This document shows positions 13,546-25,290 of a stretch of DNA of 64,000 nt, in pieces. The notes below the pieces were generated by a model. That model worked only from the letters and a program-made list of their open reading frames with translations. It searched no databases and was not told the DNA's origin. A program made the translations under genes and the position numbers. This stretch comes from Camelus dromedarius (taxonomy: Eukaryota): assembly GCF_036321535.1 (NCBI RefSeq), contig NC_087436.1, forward strand, positions 16,926,001 through 16,990,000. Reading direction: 5' to 3'. Each line of letters begins with the position of its first letter. Position 1 is the first letter of the stretch.

Positions 13546-14887
13546 GGAGGATACACTGGACTATGTCCAGTATTTCCCTCTATTCTCAGCTCTGTCAATT
13601 TCTAGGATGACGTAGTTGCTTTTTCCTAGGGTTGTCTAGCTAATAGAGAAAGCTGTGGTAAATCACCTTAATGATATCCTAGCACTATAATCTTGTGATA
13701 GCAAACTATCTGGGAAAATAGCTACCAGAGAACTGCATTTCCTGGGAAATGCTACCGTTTCAAAACACACGCTTACCTCCAAGTCAGGTGTTATTATTTA
13801 GCTGCACCTTCAGTCTTCCCGTCCCACCATCCTCAGGATTGTTTCTCAGTGCTGTCAGTAGAGAATAAAGATAGCTAAGTCTAGGTCAAATAAGTGAGTG
13901 CCTCAGTCATCAACTTTTTTCCTAATATCATTTTATGTTGCTTGGTGTGTCCTTTGTGCTGATCCTCCATCTTCCCCAACTTTCCTCGCTCATGACTATT
14001 TCCCTGGCCCTTAAAATGTCTACTTTACTCTGAATCTTCAGAAACTACCGGTCTCTTGCTTGACCATGCCAAGAACTTTGAAACTTCCTCTTATTTGTTA
14101 ATTGTGGAATTTTGGTGTCTTCCTTCCATTACTTATCCTCTCATGCCGGGGACCTTCTCAAGAGGGCTTTGTACTCAAGCAGGAGCAGGTTGCACAATAG
14201 ACGGCCAGCAGCCTGGAGCTCTGAATGTGTCCAGAGTCCAGCATGTCAGCACCATCGGGTTGTCCTAATCTTACCTGATTGGGTGGGACAAAGCACTGCA
14301 GCAGCAAAGAGGACACAAGAGTAGCCAAGCACCCAGAGACAGGCTTTCTGGTAAAACTGAGTTAGTGCATATTGGCTTAGGTTCCTGGCAGAACTGGGGA
14401 CTTGCACTCCCTTCCCTGGAATAGCGGTGACTGGGAGAGAGTTACTTCCTCTCTCGTGTGCATGGGATGTATCTAACTCCACCCATGTCTGCCGAAGGAT
14501 GCAGCAGCAGGGAAAAAACTGACCACGTGGAATCAGCAACTGGGAAAAAGAATGGCTTGGCTTGATTCAAGGGGAAGGTCCTGGGTAGCTGTGATTCTGT
14601 CACCCAGGGGAGCACCTGAGGGTCCCTAATCTGTACATAAACTGTCTCTAGTAAAGACAGGCACCCCTGTCTCAGGCAAAGGAGCAAGGAAGCCCTCTAT
14701 CCTGTTTCTAATAACAAGCTCTGGGAAAGCTTGCAGAAAACCAAACTGACTGTATCTTCTAGCTGTGTTTACATGACAAGAACCAGAGGACTTATCCACA
14801 AGAAACTGGTATAAGCTGGCTGAACTTGAAAACTGGGACAAAGATCTCTCTACAGCTCATTGTCATCTCATTTTAACACTAAAATCC

Positions 14888-14903
14888 CCACCAGAGGGCA
14901 CCA
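14888..14903 (+). promoter_or_regulatory. Candidate CTCF motif CCACCAGAGGGCACCA inside the LTR
   Basis: Close match to the CTCF core CCACCAG(G/A)GGGC(G/A)C. Motif only; no binding data. Confidence 0.55.
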
Positions 14904-14974
14904 TCTTGGTTCCATCCACTTGTGACCCAAACCCTAAAAGACCATAAAGGGGCAGAAAAGAGTCCTGGATCCCA

Positions 14975-14983
14975 TTCCAGGAA
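14975..14983. promoter_or_regulatory. Candidate GAS/STAT motif TTCCAGGAA inside the LTR
   Basis: Exact TTCCnGGAA palindrome starting 70 bp upstream of the LTR TATA box. Motif only. Confidence 0.4.
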
Positions 14984-17877
14984 ATCATCTCCCACTTCCA
15001 TGAGCCTAAGTGACACTGGTCTCCACCCTTTTAGCCCCTTTTCCTATAAAAAGCTTGTCCTCGCCTACACTCGGGGAGAAGGTGCTTTTAGAGCAAGAGC
15101 TCCTCCTCCTCCATTTGTTGGCCAATGAATAAAATTTCTGTCTGCTGCTGCAAAAAGTAATTTCACCTTATTGATATGAACAATAACTGAGGAGGGAAGG
15201 CAGCTAACGTATTGGTACCAATTCCTGTGTGGAAGCAGAAGGAAAATGTCTGAGGAGCAGCAAGCAGAATAACAGGAGGGAGAACACACAGTAACCCTGC
15301 ACACAGAAGTAAAATGAGGATGCATGAATGTCTCAGGCAGGGAAAATCAGATTTTCTATCACTTTTTCATGGAAGTACTCATACAGAGGGAGAGTAGAGA
15401 GGCAAAACCCAGGGGAGGTAGGGATACAAAGTACCATTCCTCTCTAGGTTGCTGTGAAGACTGTCCACATTTCCTGCTTTTCTAATAGAGTTCAGCTTGC
15501 TTCCTGACCATCGCTCTGTGTGTGTGCTTGCTTGAGGGTCTCCTGGACTCCAGGGAATGACAGTCCCTAAAACACATGTGTGGTTGGGGATGAAATACTG
15601 AGTATAATATCAGGAATTGTTTTTACTGTCACCTGAACTTTTGTGGGGGTTTCTCTCCTAACCTAAAGCCCTCTTCTAGGGAGAAGGAATCTGTGCACCA
15701 GTCTTCATTGTCTGCTCTTTTTGAGTAGACATGAGAGAGACGGATGGCAGTGGGTAGAGCCAGTTCTCCTCCATAACTGCCTCAAGTTTGGGCTGGGAGC
15801 AAAGGGCTATCCCAAGAGACATAAATTGATGTTTTGGGAGAAAGAGCAGACAACTCACTGTGTTCCCTATTCCATAGACAAGCTTGTGAAAAATGGAGAA
15901 CTGTGGTCACTGTGCCATAGTAAAATCAGCTCCCATTACACCTGTGGCATAAACGCCCAGGTCATTACAGACATCTTCAGGAGTAGTTTTCTTCAGTGTC
16001 CTACAGATGAAACACGTAGGCACAATAGAAAGGAGTTTTAACTGTTTGTATTAAAGAGAATTCCCTGGAAGTGCACCGTAATTACCTTGCCCATAAAGTC
16101 AGAGTCCATTAAGTTTGAACAAAACGTGTATTTCCTTTCTGCTTTTGCTTTTCTCTTGTGTGAAACGATAATTTCAGTTTAATTCATAATAAATAGTTCT
16201 CCTCCAGAATGTTTATACATAAGAGAAAGAATAATTGTGTTTTTTTAAACTGAATTTGGAATTTAAAAATCTCTTTCTTATTTTGAAGAAGAGCTGTTGG
16301 AAAATTCAAACCAAGCAGCAGCAGCAAAAACAAAATCCATCTTTCCAGAAATCTGACATAATGGGCTGAGAGATGTCTTCCTAGGAAAATCAGGTGGGGC
16401 AGGGAGCAGACATACTCCCAGCCCAGTGTAGCATTTGCATTTCTGGATGGGTACTAGTTAGAGCACTTTAGGTGATTGTTTAAGGCAAGTACCCTCAGAG
16501 GCTTCAAATAGAATATTAGCCTCCGCCCTTTAATATGATCTGGTTAAAGAGATTGCTGTGGAACTGGGGGCCTCCAAAAATAAGAGGTCTCTTGGCTGTT
16601 TTGGGTCAAGGCAGGCTAGCATTGTGAGGAATGATCAGAACACAAAAGAAGCATAGAGAAAGCCCAGAAGAAAACACATTCAGATATTTAAACTATTTAA
16701 AATTTTGTCTAAATTAAAGTGATTCTATCTTACATTTCAGGAGGATTGCATTTGATTTTTTAAAGTTTCAAGAACCCTGCTCTGATTTTTTTAAGTGAAC
16801 AGGTTTTGCTAGCATGAAGTACTAAACCCTTGGCAAGATTTGCAAATAAATAACATTGAGACAGTATTAATCATGGAAATGTATTATATCCCTGTTCATA
16901 AAAACCTCTACCGCCCATGCTGAATTTAATGCATTGTTTTTAAACTGAACAGACCTCATATGGGGCATTAAAGTAGGCCACAAACTTGTTTCACTCGTTA
17001 GCCAAGCTGCTTTCAGATCCAGCATTCAAAGCACAAGGGCATCACATGTCTCCACTTCAAGGCTGCCCGTACAGGAAACGAAAGCCCTCGACACAGCTTG
17101 GTAGCAGAGGATCCAAATCAGAGTAAATTGTGTAAATTATAACCAAATTGCAAAGCATTTGGACAAAGCAGGCATGCTAGTCTAATCAGGCAAGCGACGA
17201 TATTTACTTTTCGATAGTGCAGGTTGGAAGAGGAATAAGGGAAGGGAGGCAGCATCACAAATCTCTTCTAATGTATTTCTGAACTTGGCAGCCTAAACTG
17301 GTTTTGCCACATATTTGCAGCTTAAAAAGTATTTGGCTTTTACAACAGCCAGAATAAGTATCCCTTAATCACTTTCAACCTGTGAACAGATGGGCAAAGA
17401 GTGCTTTTATAAATGGAGCATACAAAATACTTCAATATCAGCCAAAGCTAGTTAGTAGCAATATCTGAACCAAACTCTAAAACTGACTTAGTGTTTAATA
17501 CATATTATCGTATAAGCATTAGCAGTTGAAAGGAAATTCCCTCTTCAAATGTTTGCCAAGCTCAGTGTCTAATGTTCAGACACGATTAACTTACTAATTA
17601 ACTTATTGTCTCTTTTCTCACATGTAATCTTGCTTAATGATTTCTCCTCTCACTGAAAACTATTTGGTCTGATACCTTGATCATAGATTTGTCAGATCTC
17701 AAGTGAAAGAGGCAAATTCAGCTCTTCAGTTCTGGTCTTTCTCTTAAACTTTTTAGAGTGACTTTAGTAAAAGGTGGTTTGGGGAAAAAGAGGGTGGTCT
17801 CTTTATGGTGAAAACTGGTTTCATATCTAGCCTTTAATGACTGACATTTTTATCTTTATAAAGACTTTCTAAACGAG

Positions 17878-18164
17878 TTTTTTTTTAAATTGAGATATAA
17901 TTGACATATAACATCACATTTATTTCAAGTGTACAACATAATGATTAGATATTTGTATATATTGTGAAATGATCACAGAAAGTCCTGTTAACATCCATCA
18001 CTACACATAGTTACAAATTTTTTTTCTTGTGATGAGAACTTTTAAGATCTTCTTTCTTAGCAACTTTTAAATATGCAATACAGTGTTATTAACTATAGTC
18101 ACCATGCTGTACACTGCATCCCCAGGACTTATTTATTTTATATCTGTAATATGTAACTTTTAGC
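17878..18164 (-). mobile_element. 5'-truncated L1 (L1MA-like 3'UTR)
   Basis: Poly-T, then aattgagatataattgaca...tattaactatagtcaccatgctgtaca. Near-TSD ctaaacgagtttt (17869-17881) versus ctaaaagagtttt (18165-18177), 12/13 identical. Confidence 0.85.
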
Positions 18165-19921
18165 CTAAAAGAGTTTTACAGAGACTCTTTAGTGGCTGAG
18201 AATCCATAAAATTAATAATTATCTCCATATCAGAACTGTAAAATCTATAAAAAATGATAATTATCTCCATATCAGAATGGTATTAAGACATTATGAAGGA
18301 AGATAAATTTAAAAATTACATTTGGAGAAGTAAGCAAAAGATAGTTTCTACTGATTCTTTAATTCAGAGGAGGTTACTCTGCCTCCATGTATCAGACAGT
18401 CACAATATATTTCCCGCATCACACCTACATGCTGCTGATTCTTGTACCCTGCATGAAGTTGACCATTTATGTAATAGAGTCAGTATATGTGGTATGACTG
18501 TCTTTAATATCTCTGAAACAAACAAAAGAAAAAGAAAACCTGAAGCCATTCACTCAAATCATTCTAACCATTGAGGATTGGGGTTTGCCAGTGCCAACCT
18601 CTCTAAAGTCATGACATAATTTTGTCCTGTCTTGATTTTATCATACATAGTTCAAGATGGGCTTTGAATTCTGTGTTAATCACAACTTCGTGATCTTGGG
18701 ACATCACCTAATTTCTCTCAGCATTAATTTATTAAATCAGACTAGAAACATTTATCCAATAAAATTATTTTGCAGATTAAAGCAGAAAGTGTGTTGGGAG
18801 TAAATGCTTAATAAAAGATTGCCACTATTACTGGTATTAATGGGTTTAGTTATTATAATTTTCATTTCTATTATGCAATGTATATTTGTCTATTTCAAAT
18901 TTAAACAAAATGGAAACCAAGAAGTAAACATTTTGCTTTATAACTAGTGTTGTTTCTTTACAACCTAGTATTTAATCAGGGATTTGCATGGGTTTTATTG
19001 GAGGACTTAATGAATCAGAATCTATAGGGCAGTTCCTGAGTAAGAGTTCTTTGAAAATATTTCTCAGAGGGTTCTCATGCCACCCTTGATTCAGAGCCAC
19101 TGTAGTGATAGTCACCAATAAAGTTTTGATTTCTATCTTTCTGTTCCTATTTACATACATCATTAAGAAAATAATGTTGCAATCCTATAATGCATATAAT
19201 TTAGTATCTCTTGATATAATTTCTCTTATTCTCTTGATACAAGTTTTTGAAATCATAAATATTTTCTCAGGTTATTGCATAATCTTCATAAACATCACTT
19301 TTATGACCTCATAATAATTTATTGATTGGATATAGTACAATTTCCTTAGATACTTGTTTCTGAATTTCTCCCATCATAAAATGAAACTATGATGGATATC
19401 CTTACACATACAGTTTTTTTTTTTTAAAGATTTCAGTTCTTTTGGAGATAAGTTCCAGAGAGAAATTACTTGTGTTTGTTTATCATGGAATAAAAGATGC
19501 CTTTCTTCCCCTGACTGAGATATTAATGTGCATACTTGCTCATGATGGAGAAAAGACAAGTTGCCAGTTTGCTTTCTCAGCCTTACCTCGTGGTCAAGTT
19601 GCACTCATAAGGCATGGTTGTGTCCAAATAAGTTTGTTTAGCAACTTTTGGTTTAATATCATTAACTTGGTGCTTTATTGGGGCCAATTTCAATAACATA
19701 GATGACCTAAGAGGTGTTGGTTAAAACAAGAAGATGTCTATGTTGCATGGTTAGCAAAACTGGCAAAACTTGAGGCAAACCTCAGGTTTTTAAAAAATTT
19801 ACCCCATGAAGCATTTGTCACGAGTGTCACTACTTGACAGCGATAATTTACCTCTGAAATAAAATCTTTTAAAAATCAATTAGACAATTACTGTGTTACC
19901 CTTTGGGTATAAACATAAATA

Positions 19922-20200
19922 TGTGTATCAGTAATTTATTGCTACAATAACATCACAAAGTTTAGAGGTTGAAAACAACAACCATTATTTTTCATGAGTC
20001 AGTTTTGATGATCTAGTCCAGACTCAGCTGATAACAACCTGGGCTCACTCAGGTGGATTCGTCTTGTCTCTTCTCATGTGGTCTCTCATCCTGTAGAGGC
20101 TTGCTGGATTGTTCTCAGAGATGGAGGATTCCATGAGAATGGAACTGTATGAGGCCTCTTGGGGTACATGCTAAGAACTGGTACGGCGTCATGTGCACTT
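19922..20200 (-). mobile_element. MaLR LTR fragment (MLT1F/H-like)
   Basis: tgtatcagtaatttattgctacaataac...aaaacaacaaccatt...catgtggtctctcatcct...gaggcctcttg. Confidence 0.55.
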
Positions 20201-22307
20201 TTGAGTACATGAATAAGAACTCTGTGCCATTCAAGGCAACTTAGGAGACCAGCAGAGCTCCGCTGACCACTGCTGGTGCTTCTACAGTGTACATCACACA
20301 TCACCTTACAGTCAGTCACACGTATTCCTTTAAAAGTTACTCACTCCTTATTTTTAGAACATGGAACTTTACCTATAAAGTTGGCTCATTTAGGTATTTC
20401 TAGAAGACTTCTCTTACTTTTCTGAGAGAAAGGAGGAAAAGTCATGAACTCAGAATCCTTTATATTTCACAGTAGGTCTTGAAACTCAGGACAGGCCGGA
20501 ATGAATCATTTCTATTTCATCCGCATTCCCAGTTAATCTCATACATGAAGACCTGTTTATAAAATTGTTATATTAACTGAGCAAAAAATACTTTTAGAAG
20601 GCACAGCTCCTTCTTTTCTAAGCTATTCAAAATAAACCTTAATTTAAACAAACAAAAAGAAAACTTTGCTTTGTTTTCTTTGCCTCTTCTGGTAGCTTTG
20701 TCTATCTAAATATTTCTTCACAGAACAAAATGTTATATTTTTGACTCATTAATCTATAAAAGTTTTCTCAAGAGAGAGAATGAGGGAAAGAACCAACCAA
20801 AGATGCAAAAGAACTATAGTTACAAGAACATCATACAAAGCTAACTTCCTTTATTTCACAAGCATGGAAAGGACATTTTTCATTTATATACACAAACACA
20901 AAGAAAAATAATAGCCTCAATTCTACCTCTTCAGCTAGAGGGCAAAGGTAAATATGGAGGACAGTTTTCTGTGTCTGAGTAAATCTCACTAGCCAGTAGT
21001 GGCTTCTTGGGAGTAGGAGGGTCTGGGAGTCAAAAAGGATCTCCAAGGAATACTTGTTATGAAAGTCTGTTGATCTGAAGCTGATCTCCATTGTAGTGGG
21101 TACAAAATTATCTCTTAAGTGATTTTAGCTATTACTGGTATTCAAATGACATATAATACAGAGCATATCAGAAGTATCACAAGCTTCAAGACAAACTAAC
21201 AGAAAAGACAAATGAAAAAGGTCCCCTGTCATCTACCATCTACCAGCCAACAGAGACTAGATGGCTGGGTCCAGTAGTCAAAATCAGGCTTCCGACATGG
21301 AAGAAAAATAATGGCTACGTACAAAACAGAATAGGACTCGACAAGAACCAGTTTAGTGCAAATATCAAAACAGACTCAGAGAAGAAAAAAATGCAGAAGC
21401 AGCGTCAGTGATATTCACTTGAAATCAAGAAAGTTGGGTCTGGGATTCAGAGGTCTTTTTAGGGTAAGACTCAGCTCCAGTGTGTGAAATGACCTAAGCA
21501 TCTCAGTGGAACTTCAGATGTGAAAGATGCAGAAACAAAAGCAATTAAGAAGAAAAAAGCATGTTTGGATGCTAAGAATTGTAAGAAAACTACACTTTGA
21601 ACTTTGGAAGACTGGAAAACTTTGACTACCATATAAAATATACAACAGATATATAAAGGAAAAAAGCAGGCACAAGAGTACCAAGGTTGGAGACAGTCTG
21701 TTCACATTAGGAAGTCTGCAGTTTTCTCACGTGGTTCTCATCACTGCGAGGGCATCCATATCAGTATTGTAGGACTTGTCATGATTTCCGGTATGATGCC
21801 TCCTTCCTGCTGTCTAGTAGTCCACGACCCTATCAATACACCACCATGCCTTGCAACTGAGAGCATTTGGAAAATAAAATTACTTTTCAGATGATATTTG
21901 GTAAGCAGAGTATCAGTGCCAAATAATTCTGAAGCAGTCTTTAGTTTAAAATAGCTTCTGGGACGAGAAAGTTATTTTTACTAATGTGCCCTGTCATATG
22001 AAAATTATTTTGTTCCTTAGATACTGTATCTCTCGTTTGTATAGCTGTGGGTGAATTTTGACAACTTTACCTACTTTTGGATTTCCTTTCTTCAGAAGGT
22101 TAATTTGATACATATTATACAGATTCTGGCATATTCAACCTTCTTTGGAGAATCCTACTGACATGTTCAGGTTATATATGTATATGAATTATATGTGCTA
22201 ATTACAGTGTATTTCCTATTTCAATATATTCATTATCAAAACAAATTTAAGACTTCAGGAATGTTTATTTTCCTTATTAACAATGAAGTTTTATGTTTTA
22301 TTTTTAG

Positions 22308-22503
22308 TGTAAAACCGATTCCAAGTAAAAGTGATAAATTTGGCAATAAAGTTAAAAGAATTGGACCACACATAGAAATCTTCCAAGTGTTCCGGAGAAG
22401 GAAAAAATTAATAACCAAAAACATAGTTAAAATGATCACCGTCATACAGGCGCTTATCAGAGGGTGGCTTGAACGCAGAAGATTCCAAAGAATAATGACC
22501 AAG
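22308..22503 (+). CDS. IQCM: IQCM internal coding exon B (196 bp, phase 2 to 0) containing the IQ motif IQALIRGWLERRRF (22444-22485)
   Basis: Acceptor TTTTATTTTTAG at 22307 and donor AAG|GTAAAG at 22504. It lies within ORF 22195..22572, has a canonical IQxxxRGxxxR motif, and KVKRIGPHIEIFQVF matches recalled IQCM sequence. Confidence 0.92.
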
Positions 22504-22544
22504 GTAAAGCATATCTGGAATGTTATAATGTGTTTAAAACTTGT

Positions 22545-23443
22545 TTTCCCTTCCAGTTTTATTGAAGTATAATTGACGTGCAGCACTGTATAAGTTTAAA
22601 GTGTACAGCATAATGATTTGACTTACATACGTCATGGAATGATGACCACAGTAAGTTTAGTGTATATCCATCATCTCCTATACATACAAAAGTAAGAAAT
22701 GGAAAAAAAAATTTCCTTGTGATGCAGACTCTTAGGTTTTACTCTCCTTACAACTTGCATGTATAATGTACAGCAGTGTTAACTATATTTATCATGTTGT
22801 ACATTAGATCCCTAGTACTTATTTATCTTGTAACTGGAAGTTTGTACTTTTTGACTGCTTTCATCCAATTTCCCCTTCTCCTACTTGTCTTTGGTAGCTG
22901 CAAATCTGATCTTATTGAGTCTGTTTGTTTTTGAAGTATACTTGATCCACAAGTATAGTTTCTGTTACACAACATTGGGGTCTGATTTTCTGTACATTTC
23001 AAAATGATCACAACAAATCTAGTTAGCATTTGTCACCATACAATGATACATGCCTAATCATTGACTATATTCCACACACTGTACATTTCATACCCATGAC
23101 TCTCATATTTTACAACTGGAAGTTTGTTCTTCTTAATCTTTGTCACCTGTTTCTGTCTTCCCCACCCACTCCTCTGGCAAAAACCTGTTTGCATTCATGG
23201 CTCTGTTTCTGTTTCATTATGTCTGTTCATTTGTTTTGCTTTTTATATTCCACATGTAGGTGAAATCATACAGCATTTGTCTTTCTCTGTCTGTCTGATT
23301 TCACTTAGCATGATACCCTTCAAGTCCATCCAAAGTTGTCAAAAATGGCAAGATTTCATTCTTTTTTTTTTTTAGTGGTTGAGTAATATCTTGTTGTGTG
23401 TATATATATCACACCTTCTTACCCATGCATCCATCAATGGACT
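22545..23443 (-). mobile_element. L1 3'UTR fragment (L1MA9 or artiodactyl L1-like)
   Basis: ttttattgaagtataattgac...tattccacatgtaggtgaaatcatacagcatttgtctttctctgtctg..atttcacttagcatgataccct..aaatggcaagatttcattcttttt is a classic antisense L1 3' end. Confidence 0.88.
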
Positions 23444-24032
23444 TTAATTCAGTTAAGCTGAATTTGGATAGTCACCTGGTCAATATATCTATAATTTTTC
23501 TCAATAAAGTTCTGTCTCCACTTTTTGGTTTAAGAAAACGTTATGAATAATCTATTCTTGTGACAATTTCAGATTGTGTCAGATTAGAGACTGAACAAAT
23601 GCCTGGCTTATCCTTAACCCAACAGTTTTGGGTCTACTTTTACTCTAAGGCTGGGGCCACCTATCTTTGCACTGATTTTGTTTCTTCTGTGCTATTGGCT
23701 TATCCTCTGTTTAAAGCAACTTTCCTCCACTTCCCACACTCCTGGGTACTCTCGCAGTTTAAACGTTCACCTTAAAAAGAAATTACACACATTTCCACAC
23801 ATCCACCTGAGCAACTTTTATATATAGCAATCCTGACTTTCAGAATAAATCACAAGGACCTGTTCTGGTTGGGCAAATACAGAAGAACCTGAGGGGATGG
23901 ATTTTGGCAAACCTTTGAGGAAATTAAAAAAATGTCCTCACCTTGAGGACTAAAGTTGTACTACTAATATAGGAATTTGGAAAAAAAACTAGAAATTGAA
24001 GAATAGATCAGGAATTCTGTGTGGAGCTGCTG

Positions 24033-24165
24033 TGTTCATTTTATAGATGAAGAAACTAAAGCTCAGAGAAACTAGGTCATTTGCCCAGGGTTGCACTTCT
24101 GGTAAGGGACTGAGCTAGAATTCAAACCCATGTCTCTCTGACTTCAAAGCCCATGCTTAGTCTAC
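24033..24165 (-). mobile_element. MIR SINE
   Basis: cattttatagatgaagaaactaaagctcagaga...ttgcccaggg...gaattcaaaccca...tgacttcaaagcccatgct. Confidence 0.8.
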
Positions 24166-24199
24166 ATATTATATCATTGACTTAAACTATTTGATGACT

Positions 24200-25290
24200 A
24201 ATTGCTCCCTAATCTAATCTAAAGCCATGTCCCATACCTGTCTCTCTAGTTCTAGATCCAAGCATTAAGTTGCCCATTGGAAAGGTCCATAGTTAAATCA
24301 AACTCCACATAGCCTTACATGAACCATTTTCTTATTCTACAGAGCTCTTCCTTTCCTGCACTACTTATATTGTTGAACTGTGCCACCACCCATCGTCCAA
24401 GCTGTGCACCTGGAATTTTCTTAGACCCCTTCAGCTTTCTCAGCCCCCTGTTCAATTGGTTACCACTTCCATAACATTTCTTGTGCCACTCTTCCCCTCT
24501 GTTCTTCTTGCCAGAGCTTCTATCCATCACCCCTCACATGGAGAACTGCGGTGGTCTCCTAGTTGTCTACCTGCATGTAGGCCTCCTCCCATCTGATCTG
24601 TCATATGCAGAGGAAGCTCCACTCTGACTTCCTTATTTCATGCCTTATAATCTTTTGATGGTCCCGTGTTGCTAATTGGATAAAATATGAATTCTCTAAC
24701 ATAGTACATGTGGCCTCCTTGGCCTGGCTCTTGCCCACTGTCCAGCTTCGTCACATGGCACTTCTTCACTAATACCCTGGGCTCTAGCAAAGCCCAAATC
24801 CTTATATTCCCTGACTGTTTCCTATTATTTTATGAATCTTTATGCTGTTCTCTTAGTCTGGTATACTCTTCCTCCCTAATTTTCTGACAAACTCCAACTC
24901 ATTCTTTAAGCTCTTCCTTAAGTATACACACCCAGATATGCTCTCTGGTCCATCAAGCAGAGTTGATCTCTCCATTTTTGGTCAATAATTTGCCCAGTCC
25001 TCTGCATTTTGACCTTTTGTTTACATGTTTGTCATGAACAATACAATTTATGTGACCTATATGGGAGTACCTGCTCTTTATTTTTATATTTATAGTACCA
25101 CATACTGTTTTGTCACATACACTCTCTCTCATTTTAACTATATTAACTCATTACCTGCTGTTTTTCTTGTTTATTTACTTGTCTCTGTATGTTTATATTG
25201 TTTTCTGTCTTGTTTGCTACTGTGTTCAAATACCTAGAATAGAGCTTGGCATGTGATAGTTAATTCAACAAATGTCTTTTGAATTAATTC
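24200..25290 (+). mobile_element. L2 LINE 3' region, decayed
   Basis: Pyrimidine-rich L2-like blocks ending cctagaatagagcttggcatgtgatagttaattcaacaaatgtcttttgaattaat. Confidence 0.65.

Larger units (their letters stand above)
14598..15220 (+). mobile_element. ERV1-class solo LTR, 623 bp, sense to the host gene
   Basis: Ends TGTCACC...GGTACCA (imperfect inverted repeat), 4-bp TSD ATTC (14594-14597 and 15221-15224), TATAAAAA at 15045-15052 and AATAAA at 15128-15133 in LTR order. Confidence 0.85.

Noticed and set aside
22504..22556. Mini-intron from the exon B donor to the TTCCAG at 22556
   Set aside because: At 53 nt it is shorter than typical minimal mammalian introns, and the AG sits at the edge of an L1 tail.
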